The notes beneath the pieces are model-generated. The model saw only the letters and a program-made list of their open reading frames with translations, ran no database searches and was not told the origin of the DNA. From assembly GCA_964608675.1 (NCBI GenBank), contig CAZSOZ010000004.1, positions 31,226 through 95,225 on the forward strand: a DNA stretch of 64,000 nt. The letters run 5' to 3'. A program made the translations under genes and the position numbers. Position 1 is the stretch's first letter. Every line of letters begins with the position of its first letter. Positions 9,452 through 17,938 of this stretch are shown here, piece after piece. The stretch comes from an uncultured archaeon. GTDB lineage: Archaea > Iainarchaeota > Iainarchaeia > Iainarchaeales > 1-14-0-10-31-34.

Positions 9452-10625
9452 ATTTAATGCTGTTCCAAGCAATTTAATGTTTGATGCCTTAAAGAATGAA
9501 AAAACTATTATTATGGCCTGTAATGTAAGGATAACAAAAGGAATTCTTAAAGGAATTTTTAGGGCTGCAAAAGAAACTGATTCTCCTGTAATAATGGAGT
9601 TAGCTAAATCTGAATCAAATTTAGATGGAGGATACACTGGATTAAAACCAAAAGATTTTTCTCAGCAGTGCCTTGAAACTGCATCTGAAACAGGCTGTAA
9701 TATATGGAGCCTGCATGCAGATCATTTAACTGTAAAGAAAGGAACTGAAGAAGAATTAAATGAATTAAAAAAATTAATTGATGCACAAATTTCTGCCGGA
9801 TTCAATTCTTTTGCTTTGGATGCATCTTTTTTGTTTGATTTTCAGGGAAAAACAATTGAAGAAGAATTAAAGCCAAACATTGAAGTTACAGCTGAATTAG
9901 CTGACTACATTAAAGAAAAAATGAATGGAAATGAATTTGGTTTGGAAGTGGAAGTAGGAGAAATAGGCAAAAAAAACAGTACAGGAATGGTTTTAACTTC
10001 TCCTGAAGAAGCAGTTGTTTTTATTAAAGCTTTAAACAAAAAAGGAGTTTTTCCTAATTTGATTGGAATAGCAAATGGTTCAACTCATGGAAACATTTAT
10101 GATGAAAAAGGCCGTGAAATAAAGCAGGTTTCAATTAACATAGGGCAAACAAAAGCTGTTTCTGAAGCATTAAAAAAAGAAGGGTTGAATGTAAGAATAG
10201 CACAGCACGGCATTACAGGAACTCCAAGGGAATTAATTAAAGAAAAATTTCCTGCAGGCGACATATTAAAAGGCAATGTGGGAACTTTTTGGCAGAATAT
10301 TTTTTATGATGTAATCAAAGTAATGGAACCCGAATTATATAATGAATTAATTGAATGGACTTTAAATTCTTTCAGAGAAGAAGCAGTAAAAAAAGGGTGT
10401 CATAGTGATGAAGAAATAATTGGAAAATACTTAAAGTATGCAACAGGAGCAAAAAACGAAAACGGAAAAAAGCTTTTTTTTGATAAAATTTATTTTTTAG
10501 GCAGTGAAACTGAAAAAGCACTTGAATCCAAAGCATATTCTGAAGCAGTAATGTTTTTTGACGCCTTTCATTCAAAAAAAACAGCAGAAAAAATAAGAAG
10601 TCATATCAAAAGAATTAAAATCTAA
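9444..10625 (+). CDS. fba: Class II (metal-dependent) fructose-bisphosphate aldolase family protein.
   Basis: Blocks IMACNV...DSPVIMELAKSE, LHADH, LEVEVGEIG, GSTHGNIY and AQHGITGT align with the FbaA blocks (AFNV...SPVILQ, LHTDH, LEIELG, GNVHGVYK, HGGSG). It overlaps fbp by 8 nt. Confidence 0.7.
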   Translation: MSKFNAVPSNLMFDALKNEKTIIMACNVRITKGILKGIFRAAKETDSPVIMELAKSESNLDGGYTGLKPKDFSQQCLETASETGCNIWSLHADHLTVKKGTEEELNELKKLIDAQISAGFNSFALDASFLFDFQGKTIEEELKPNIEVTAELADYIKEKMNGNEFGLEVEVGEIGKKNSTGMVLTSPEEAVVFIKALNKKGVFPNLIGIANGSTHGNIYDEKGREIKQVSINIGQTKAVSEALKKEGLNVRIAQHGITGTPRELIKEKFPAGDILKGNVGTFWQNIFYDVIKVMEPELYNELIEWTLNSFREEAVKKGCHSDEEIIGKYLKYATGAKNENGKKLFFDKIYFLGSETEKALESKAYSEAVMFFDAFHSKKTAEKIRSHIKRIKI

Positions 10626-10865
10626 AAAAATTCCAAAAAAAGCAAAAATTTCTTGAATTCGATTATTGTATTATTCTGCAATTATTGTACCAAAAAGCCT
10701 TTATAAACTCCAAAATACTATTGTTGTATAAAACATTTATCTTTCCTTCACCTCGGAAAAAATTTCGCCTCACGATTTTTTTTCCTCCTTTTTCTTTTTT
10801 TTTTACTTTTTTTAAATGATTGTTTTTAATTCTTTTGCAGTAAATTATTTTCAGGAGGTACTTTT

Positions 10866-11240
10866 ATGAAGAAACTTTTGTTTTTGTCAGGATTATTTTT
10901 GTTTATTCCTTTGGTTTTTGCCCAGCAGGCTCCATGGGATTTTTTAAGACCTTTAACTGATTTTGCTTATTCTGTTGATTCAATTACAAGGTTTTTGGTT
11001 TTTATTTTTTCTTTGGCTTTATTTTTTATTTCAGTGAAAGCTTATTTTAAAAGCAAATCAAAGAGATTTCTGTTTATTTCTGGAGCATTCTTTTTGTTTG
11101 CAGTTAAATGGTTTTTGAAAATAGCAGATTTGTTTTTTAGTCCGGGATATTTTTTGGCTGATGCATCAGAAAACATTTTTGAGTTATTGATTTTAGTTTT
11201 TTTGTTTACTGCTTTGTTTTTTAAGCCGAAAAAAGGTTGA
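10866..11240 (+). CDS. Small membrane protein (signal peptide plus TM helices), hypothetical.
   Basis: Hydrophobic ORF. Confidence 0.3.
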   Translation: MKKLLFLSGLFLFIPLVFAQQAPWDFLRPLTDFAYSVDSITRFLVFIFSLALFFISVKAYFKSKSKRFLFISGAFFLFAVKWFLKIADLFFSPGYFLADASENIFELLILVFLFTALFFKPKKG

Positions 11241-11773
11241 CGTGTTTTTTAATGAAGGATGATGCTTTAAATCTTGAATCAAGAAGAAAAATATATGATT
11301 TGATTCAAAAAAATCCAGGCCTGCATTTCAGGGAAATTGAAAGAAGAACAGGACTTGCAGTAGGAAGCCTTCAGTATCATTTGGATTACCTTCAAAAAAA
11401 TCATTTAATTAAATCTTTTAGGCAGGGAAAATTTTTAAGGTATTATTCTGTTAAGGAGTCGGTTGTTGAAGAAAAAGCAGGAATGTCTTTTTTAAGGAAA
11501 CCGAGTGCAAGAAAAATTATTTTGTTTTTATTGGAAAAAAAGAAGGCAAACAATTTTGATATTTCTAAGGCAGTAAGCTTATCTCCTTCTACTACTTCTT
11601 GGCATTTAGATCAGTTAGTTAATGAAGGAGTGGTAGAAAAAGAAAAAAGAGGAAGGGAAAGCTTTTTTTATTTAATTAAACCGAATGAAATTGCTTCTCT
11701 TTTGGTTGAACACCAGCAGTCTTTTGTGGATGAATTAGTTGACAGTTTTGTTGAAGTCTGGGAAAAAATTTAG
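11237..11773 (+). CDS. Winged-helix transcriptional regulator with two wHTH-like segments.
   Basis: IYDLIQKNPGLHFREIERRTGLAVGSLQYHLDYLQKNHLI and a second FDISKAVSLSPSTTSWHLDQLVNEGVVEK segment. The start overlaps the upstream ORF by 4 nt. Confidence 0.45.
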   Translation: MTCFLMKDDALNLESRRKIYDLIQKNPGLHFREIERRTGLAVGSLQYHLDYLQKNHLIKSFRQGKFLRYYSVKESVVEEKAGMSFLRKPSARKIILFLLEKKKANNFDISKAVSLSPSTTSWHLDQLVNEGVVEKEKRGRESFFYLIKPNEIASLLVEHQQSFVDELVDSFVEVWEKI

Positions 11774-11966
11774 TTTTTATTCTGTTAATTCGTTTTTAGG
11801 GAATTCTTTTTTTTTCTATTTCTTTTGCTTCTTTTCCGCAACAATTTTCTGCGTCCTTTTTTTGTATTGTATTCGTTATAATTGCATGCACATAAATATT
11901 TTTTTATTCAACCGCTCTCTTGAAGCCAAATAAATTATTTTTTATTTAATAATGTTTTTTAATTTT

Positions 11967-12878
11967 TTATTTGGTTATTTGGGTTCCTGTCAGGCCGTTT
12001 ATTGCAGGCAGAAGTTTATTCAAAGAAGTTATTATTGCTTTTTTTCCGCCTTTTTCTATGAATTCAATGCAGGCTTCAATTTTTGGAAGCATTGAGCCTT
12101 TTCCAAATTGTCCTTCTTTAATTAATTTTTTTAGTTCTTTTGATTTTATTTTTTCTATTTTTTTCTGGTTTTTTTTGCCGTAATTTAAGTAAACGAATTC
12201 AACGTCAGTTAAAATAATTATTTCTTTTATGCCAAGAGAATTCCCAAGTAATTGTGAAGCTTTATCTTTGTCTATTACTGCTTCAACTCCTTTCCATTTG
12301 TTTTCTTTTTTTATTACAGGAATTCCGCCTCCTCCGCAGCAAACAACGATTGTTCCTTTTTCTGTTAATTCTTTTATTGTCTTTAATTGAATTACTTTTT
12401 TTGGTTTAGGGGAGGGAACAACTTTTCTGTATCCTCTTCCTGAGTCTTCAATGAAATTTTTTATTTTTTGTTCTTTAATTTTTTCTTTTGAATAAAAAGG
12501 ACCGATTGGCTTTGAAGGATTTTTGAATGCAGAATCTTTTTCATTTACTTCTATTTCTGTTGCAATTGTAATTATTTCTTTTTTTGGAAGAAGGTTCCTT
12601 AAAGATTTTTGAAGCATGTAGCCTATTTGGCCTTGAGTCATTGCGTCTTCTACATCCAAAGGCATTTTTGGTATTTCTTTACTGCAATTCATTTGAATTT
12701 CAAGGTTTCCTACCTGCGGTCCATTGCCATGAGTCAAAACAACATTGAATTCTTTTTTTATTAGTTTTGCAATTGTTTTGGTTGTTTTGTCAATGTTTTT
12801 AATTTGTTCTTCGAAATAGCCTGTTTCTCCTTGTTTGATTAAAGCATTTCCTCCTAATGCAATCAAAAATTTTTTCAT
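11967..12878 (-). CDS. arcC: Carbamate kinase.
   Basis: N-terminal IALGGNAL...VLTHGNGPQVG is the carbamate kinase signature, with a C-terminal VVCCGGGGIPV block. Confidence 0.8.
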   Translation of the reverse strand: MKKFLIALGGNALIKQGETGYFEEQIKNIDKTTKTIAKLIKKEFNVVLTHGNGPQVGNLEIQMNCSKEIPKMPLDVEDAMTQGQIGYMLQKSLRNLLPKKEIITIATEIEVNEKDSAFKNPSKPIGPFYSKEKIKEQKIKNFIEDSGRGYRKVVPSPKPKKVIQLKTIKELTEKGTIVVCCGGGGIPVIKKENKWKGVEAVIDKDKASQLLGNSLGIKEIIILTDVEFVYLNYGKKNQKKIEKIKSKELKKLIKEGQFGKGSMLPKIEACIEFIEKGGKKAIITSLNKLLPAINGLTGTQITK

Positions 12879-12932
12879 GAGAATTAATTATTTAAAGTTA
12901 AGATTTATATTTTATACTGGTGTTTTATTTAA

Positions 12933-14297
12933 ATGACTAAAAAAATAAGGTTTTTTATTGCAGTTTTTGCTGTTCTGCTTTTTTTTTCTGTTTTGTTTTT
13001 TCCTTTGGAAATTTTGCCTTTGCAGAAAGTGGTTTTGGCAGTATTGTTTTTGGCAATGATTTTGTGGTTTTCTGAATTAGTTCCTTTGCATATTACTGCT
13101 TTTATTGTATCATTTCTTTTGATTGTTGCCGGTGGATTTTATGATAAAACTGTTTTTACTCCAAAAGAAGTTTTTTCTCCTTTTTTTGATCCAGTGATAA
13201 TGCTTTTGTTAGGAGGCTTTGTTTTGGCTTTAGGACTGCAAAAACATGGATTAGACAAGTTTATCACTTTTCATTTACTTAAAAAAGTTGGCTGTAAACC
13301 CAAAAATTTTTTGTTTGGTTTAATGTGTTTAACTGCTTTTTTTTCTTTTTGGATGTCAAACACTGCTTCAACAGCGATTCTTCTTCCAATAGCAATAGTT
13401 GTATTGAATTCAAATAAATTAAAGCCTTTGGATTCACGGTTTGGAAAAGCTTTGGTTTTGGGAATTGCTTTTTCTGCTACAATTGGAGGAATCGGAACAA
13501 TAATTGGTTCTCCTCCTAATGCAATGGCTTTAAGTTATTTAAATGATGAAGAAATTTCTTTTGGTTTTTCAGACTGGCTAATGTATGGAATTCCGTTAAC
13601 AATTTTATTGCTTCCAATTGCATGGTTTGTTTTAATTAAATTTTTTCATCCGGAAATTCATGAAATTAAAATAGATTTTTCTTTTGAGCCTTTAACTAAA
13701 AAACAAAAGCTTGTTTTATTGATTTTTGGGGTAACTGTTTTAATGTGGTTAACCACTAAAATTCATGGAATTCATTCTGCTGTTGTTGCTTTAATTCCAA
13801 TTATTTTATTGTATGCTTTTGGCTTGCTTGAAACAAAAGACATCAATAAAGTTTCTTGGTCAGCTTTAATTTTGTTTGGAGGAGGTTTAACTTTGGGGAA
13901 TGCAATTCAGTTAGTTGGATTAGATAATGTTTTTGCAAGCTTATTGTTTGATTATCTTTCAGGGCAGGCAATATTAATTATTCTTTTTGCTTTAGCGGTT
14001 TTTGCTGTGATTTTTACTTTAGTTGCTTCTAATACTGCAGCAGCAGCAATCAGTATTCCTTTGGTGATTCCTCTTGCAAGAGGATTAGGGATTCCTGTGG
14101 AAATTGCAGTAATGGTTATTGCAATTGGAGTTTCCTTGGATTTTATTGTTCCAATTGGAACACCTCCAAGCACTATAGCTTATTCTTCTGGCTATATCAA
14201 AACAAAAGATATGGCTAAATCAGGAATAGTAATTGCAGTTTTAGGAATACTTTTGCTTACTTTACTGGCTTTTTTTGTCTGGCCTTTTTTGGTTTAA
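12933..14297 (+). CDS. DASS/SLC13-family anion:cation symporter (ArsB/NhaD permease superfamily).
   Basis: Polytopic protein with the SNTASTAILLPIA motif and an internal repeat architecture. Confidence 0.6.
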   Translation: MTKKIRFFIAVFAVLLFFSVLFFPLEILPLQKVVLAVLFLAMILWFSELVPLHITAFIVSFLLIVAGGFYDKTVFTPKEVFSPFFDPVIMLLLGGFVLALGLQKHGLDKFITFHLLKKVGCKPKNFLFGLMCLTAFFSFWMSNTASTAILLPIAIVVLNSNKLKPLDSRFGKALVLGIAFSATIGGIGTIIGSPPNAMALSYLNDEEISFGFSDWLMYGIPLTILLLPIAWFVLIKFFHPEIHEIKIDFSFEPLTKKQKLVLLIFGVTVLMWLTTKIHGIHSAVVALIPIILLYAFGLLETKDINKVSWSALILFGGGLTLGNAIQLVGLDNVFASLLFDYLSGQAILIILFALAVFAVIFTLVASNTAAAAISIPLVIPLARGLGIPVEIAVMVIAIGVSLDFIVPIGTPPSTIAYSSGYIKTKDMAKSGIVIAVLGILLLTLLAFFVWPFLV

Positions 14298-14784
14298 CTT
14301 TAAATTTATATTTCGTTGGAGTTAAAAGATGAATAAGGTTTGTTGTCCTTCTTAATTTTGTCCTAAATTTTTTTGTTTTTTTCCATCCAATGTCTTCAAT
14401 TAATTTTTTTTTTATTAAAGAATTAATCATTGCTCTTGAATTTTTTGTTAATTGTTTGGTGGTAAAAAATTTTATTCCTTGGCTGATTAGTTGATCAAAA
14501 AAAATCCTTAAAGGATAATTTCCTTTTTTTTGTTTGAATTTGACTGATGCACGATTATTCTGCCAAATATACCTTATGTCACAAACATTGCCTTTTTTTT
14601 TATAGGCAATAAAGCAAATTAACTCTTCTTCTTTTCCTAAAGCCTTAATTTTTGATCCCTTTAATTCAGTGGCTTTTTTGAATTTCATTCGAGCCAAAAA
14701 AGGAATTTCTTTTAATTTTTCAGTAATCCAGTACTCTTGTTTTTTTTCCATAATAAAATCATGTTTTGTTTGTTTAAAAAACAT
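14257..14784 (-). CDS. Hypothetical protein with a very basic C-terminal tail.
   Basis: ORF only. Its 3' end overlaps the transporter gene end. Confidence 0.3.
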   Translation of the reverse strand: MFFKQTKHDFIMEKKQEYWITEKLKEIPFLARMKFKKATELKGSKIKALGKEEELICFIAYKKKGNVCDIRYIWQNNRASVKFKQKKGNYPLRIFFDQLISQGIKFFTTKQLTKNSRAMINSLIKKKLIEDIGWKKTKKFRTKLRRTTNLIHLLTPTKYKFKVKPKKARQKKPVK

Positions 14785-14794
14785 TCTTATTTTT

Positions 14795-15205
14795 TTATTC
14801 GCCTAAAACTTTTACTAGAATTCGTTTGTTTCTTTGTCCGTCAAATTCAGCGTAATAAATTTGTTCCCATGTTCCAAAATCAAGTTTTCCTTTGGTTACT
14901 GCAATTAAACTTTCTCTGCCCATTATTGTTCTCATTAAATGAGAAAAAGCATTGTCTTCGCCGGTTAAATTATGCTTGTATTTTTTGTTTGGAACAAGTT
15001 TTTTCAGCCATTCTTGGTAATCCTGAATTAACCCTGTTTCAGCGTCATTAATGTAAACAGAAGAAGTGATATGCATTGGATTAACCAATACTATTCCTTC
15101 TTTTATTTTGCTTTTCTTTACAATCTCTTCAACTTTTTCTGTGATGTTAATGAATTCAATTCTGTTTTTTGTGTTAAAGTAAAGGTATTCTGTATGAGAT
15201 TTCAT
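14795..15205 (-). CDS. yjbQ: YjbQ/UPF0047 family protein (putative secondary thiamine-phosphate synthase).
   Basis: Shows the family pattern ...[21 protein letters not shown]...DNAFSHL...[29 protein letters not shown]. Confidence 0.7.
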   Translation of the reverse strand: MKSHTEYLYFNTKNRIEFINITEKVEEIVKKSKIKEGIVLVNPMHITSSVYINDAETGLIQDYQEWLKKLVPNKKYKHNLTGEDNAFSHLMRTIMGRESLIAVTKGKLDFGTWEQIYYAEFDGQRNKRILVKVLGE

Positions 15206-15277
15206 AATAAGTTTTTTGTTTACAAACTCTTTTATTTTTTTTTGGTGTAACTGTTGTCTTTAAACAGGTTTTTTGGA

Positions 15278-15481
15278 TTAAGCGATTGCAGTTTGTCTGG
15301 GTAGCATTGCTTTTAGCATATCTATTGTAGTTTTGCTTGCATTTAATATTTCTATTTCAACCGGCTTGTTTTCTTTGGTGTAGTGTGTAATTATATCTCC
15401 TTCTTGTTCTGCAAAATCAGGTTTTTCAGATCTAAGCTCTATTACCATTATATCTGTTTGCTTATCATATTTATATTTCAT
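15278..15481 (-). CDS. DUF2283-like small protein (putative antitoxin partner).
   Basis: 67 aa, MKYKYDKQTDIMVIELRSEKPDFAEQEGDIITHY..., which is the DUF2283 pattern. It overlaps the upstream DUF4258-like gene by 11 nt. Confidence 0.5.
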   Translation of the reverse strand: MKYKYDKQTDIMVIELRSEKPDFAEQEGDIITHYTKENKPVEIEILNASKTTIDMLKAMLPRQTAIA

Positions 15482-15707
15482 ATCTTTCCCTCTTTGATTT
15501 ATAAGTGGTTATGACTGTTAGGGAGTTAATGGTTTTTTCATATATAACTCTTATCACATAGCCGTTTAAAGGCTTTTGTGCAATTTTTCTGTTGTAATTT
15601 CCTTCAATAACTATTTTGGGGGAATTCACGCAATCAGTTACCTGTTTTTCACTCAAACAGTATTTTTTCATTCTCTCTTTTGCGTGACTTGAAATTTCTA
15701 TTTTCAT
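15471..15707 (-). CDS. DUF4258-like small protein (putative toxin).
   Basis: 78 aa, MKIEISSHAKERMKKYCLSEKQV...; begins with the HA..R motif of DUF4258 and is paired with a DUF2283-like gene. Confidence 0.5.
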   Translation of the reverse strand: MKIEISSHAKERMKKYCLSEKQVTDCVNSPKIVIEGNYNRKIAQKPLNGYVIRVIYEKTINSLTVITTYKSKRERYEI

Positions 15708-15854
15708 TTAACAAATAAAGAAAAGAAAATAATAAATTAGAATGCTTTAATTTGCATTGGCTCGCAAAAAAACCTAAAACTTAAAATAAGGTTTTATGCT
15801 TACTATAAGCTATGACTGGAGAAAAAGAAATTCTTCTTAGCAGAAAAATTCATT

Positions 15855-16106
15855 TTGTCCCTTTGGCTATTCTTTTTTTATTTTTTTTTGATTGTTTTTT
15901 ATTTTTTTGATGTTGGTGGGGCAAGTCCCTTCAAAGAAAAATCAATTTATTTTAGGTATCTTGCTATCGTGCTCTATGCTTTAGGAATGGTTGTTTTAAT
16001 CGAGGTTGGTACCAGAATCATGGTTTACGTTTATGGCGGGTCAATGAAACCAGAAGACTCAAGAAAAAAACTTTACAGTGACTTAAAGAATAAACACAAA
16101 AAATAG
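15855..16106 (+). CDS. Small two-TM hypothetical protein.
   Basis: ORF only. Confidence 0.25.
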   Translation: MSLWLFFFYFFLIVFYFFDVGGASPFKEKSIYFRYLAIVLYALGMVVLIEVGTRIMVYVYGGSMKPEDSRKKLYSDLKNKHKK

Positions 16107-16125
16107 CATATTACTTATACGTAAT

Positions 16126-16269
16126 CTAAGTAATATGCATTGGATTAACTAAAACTAGTCCTTCTTTTATTTTGCTTTTAGAAACAACTTCTTCAACTTC
16201 TTTTGTAATGTTAACAAATTCTATTCTGTTTTTTGTTTTAATTTCAAGGTATTCAGTGAAAGATTTCAT
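16126..16269 (-). pseudogene. Truncated diverged duplicate of the yjbQ 5' end (encodes [47 protein letters not shown] then a stop).
   Basis: 16130-16295 aligns at about 80% identity to 15057-15235, which is the yjbQ start plus its upstream region. The reading frame terminates after 47 codons. Confidence 0.6.
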
Positions 16270-16344
16270 AAAAATTTTTTTGTTTCAACATGTTTTTAAT
16301 GAATTCCCTTTAATTTATTTTTACTGTATTTAAGGTGTTTTTTT

Positions 16345-17205
16345 TTGATTGCAAAAAACAATAAAGCAAAATTGTGTTCTTCATGCAAAGAACTTAATCT
16401 TCACTGTGGGACAATTGTTTTTTGCACTGACAGAAGAGTTAATGCTGAAGCTGTTTCTAATGCTTTAAAAAAACAGGGTTTTCCTGAAGAACTGGTTTTT
16501 TGCGTTAAAAGCTCTTATGGTCATGAAAGTGCAGGGAACAAAATTCATGAAAGCGATCCTTTAATTGCACAGGCGTTAAAATTGGGAATTGGCCCAGGGC
16601 ATTTCGGAAAAATTGTTTCTGTTTTTGGGCACAGCAGTAAATGTGGGGGAATGAATGCACAGCATGAACTGCATAAACTTGAATTTTTAATTGAAAAAGA
16701 AAAATTAAATAAAAACAAAAAAAAAGCAAAAGAATTAAAAGAAAAATTAAATGAATTAAAAAAAGATGCAATTTCAGGATGGGTTGCATTAGATTTAAAT
16801 GAATTTAAGTCTTTGGTTTCAGAACTTAAAAAAAAGTTTTTAGAAAAAGAATTTGAAGAATTCTTGTTTTCTGATGACTTCAGAATTCTTTTAGAAGAAT
16901 TTAATGTTTTTGTTCAATTAAAAAAATTAATTAACCGCAAAGATTTTCAGGAATATTATTTTAATGCTTTTAAGGATGGAAGAGGGAAAATTAAATTGAT
17001 TGCAGGAATTTATTCTCCTAAAGAAAAAATTTGCAGGGGCGCTTACTGTACTTCAACAGGAAAAGTAAACTTTGATTTTCCTTTTATTTATTCTGTGTTT
17101 GGAGAAAAAAAAGTAAAAGAAATACTTTCTTTTTTTAATTTATTTCATTTAAAAGGAAAACCTGAAATAGAATACAAAATAAGTTATGGGAAGGAAGGGA
17201 TTTGA
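16345..17205 (+). CDS. Hypothetical protein with an N-terminal Cys/His-rich region and a K/E-rich coiled-coil centre.
   Basis: CSSCKELNLHCGTIVFC...FGHSSKCGGMNAQH. The 3' end, including the TGA stop, lies inside tRNA-Ile on the other strand. Confidence 0.35.
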   Translation: MIAKNNKAKLCSSCKELNLHCGTIVFCTDRRVNAEAVSNALKKQGFPEELVFCVKSSYGHESAGNKIHESDPLIAQALKLGIGPGHFGKIVSVFGHSSKCGGMNAQHELHKLEFLIEKEKLNKNKKKAKELKEKLNELKKDAISGWVALDLNEFKSLVSELKKKFLEKEFEEFLFSDDFRILLEEFNVFVQLKKLINRKDFQEYYFNAFKDGRGKIKLIAGIYSPKEKICRGAYCTSTGKVNFDFPFIYSVFGEKKVKEILSFFNLFHLKGKPEIEYKISYGKEGI

Positions 17206-17260
17206 ACCCTTGACCTCCCGGTTATCAGCCGGGTGCTCCACCAAACTAAGCTACCCTCCC
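17187..17260 (-). tRNA. tRNA-Ile (anticodon GAT).
   Basis: Manual fold: acceptor GGGAGGG/CCTTCCC, D arm GCTT...GAGC, anticodon stem CCCGG/CCGGG with loop CTGATAA, T arm AAGGG-TTCAAAT-CCCTT, discriminator A, no encoded CCA. Confidence 0.85.
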
Positions 17261-17387
17261 AAACAAACTTTTTAGAAAAAAGTTTGATCAAAAAAAACCT
17301 TTTTAGAAAAAAGGTTTGCTAAAAATGAAGTTTATGCTAAGCAGTAATAAAAAGTACTTCAAGTAAAACAATTTAAACTTAATGAAA

Positions 17388-17460
17388 TAGCCCCGAGGAG
17401 ATTCGAACTCCTGTCAACGGGTCCAAAGCCCGCCATCCTTGGCCACTAGACTACGGGGCT
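17388..17460 (-). tRNA. tRNA-Gln (anticodon TTG).
   Basis: Manual fold: acceptor AGCCCCG/CGGGGCT, anticodon stem GCGGG/CCCGT, loop CTTTGGA, T arm AGGAG-TTCGAAT-CTCCT, 4-nt variable loop. Confidence 0.85.
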
Positions 17461-17590
17461 AAAAATGGGCTATTAATGTAATTAAAACAGAAATAGACTA
17501 TAAAAAAGTGTGGGAAAAAACTATTAAATATTAATAAGCCGGCAAAAACAAAACAAAAAAAGAAGATAAATCTGAAAAAGCTAAAGGAGC

Positions 17591-17651
17591 TTTGTGTAAA
17601 TAGTGCTTGAAATTGCTTACTTTTTACACAGAGTGAACACTTTTTACACAG
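17591..17651. repeat. Cluster of three copies of the ACTTTTTACACA(G) 12-mer: one inverted (17591-17600) and two direct (17620-17631, 17640-17651).
   Basis: Seen directly: ...tttgtgtaaa...acTTTTTACACAGagtgaacacTTTTTACACAGg. Confidence 0.7.
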
Positions 17652-17686
17652 GTTAAATTTATTAATTTCAAAAGTTAATAATTTAG

Positions 17687-17938
17687 TTGATTAAAATGGC
17701 TGACTTTTGGGAAACTATTTTTTATATTGCTTTAGGAGTTTTTATTTTGTGGGCTTTGTTAAAAAGTTTTGGTATAATACAAAGTCCTGCATGGCTTGAA
17801 GTTGGCGTTCCAGCAGTTTCTGGCGGAGTAGCTATTGGAAGTTTTTATCAAAAGTTTAGGCAATTAGAAAAAACTGTAGAAGAAATAGGAAAGAAAACTA
17901 ATGAAGTCTATGAAAAATGTCCTGCAGTTAAGCACTAA
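17687..17938 (+). CDS. Small membrane protein, hypothetical.
   Basis: ORF with two predicted TM helices. It sits about 35 bp downstream of the 12-mer repeat cluster. Confidence 0.3.
   Translation: MIKMADFWETIFYIALGVFILWALLKSFGIIQSPAWLEVGVPAVSGGVAIGSFYQKFRQLEKTVEEIGKKTNEVYEKCPAVKH

Noticed and set aside
16345-17205. Considered that the tRNA-Ile call is wrong because a 286-aa ORF covers its 3' part.
   Set aside because: The tRNA folds canonically with a GAT anticodon and correct T and D arms. The ORF's last few codons are more likely fortuitous or a genuine short overlap.
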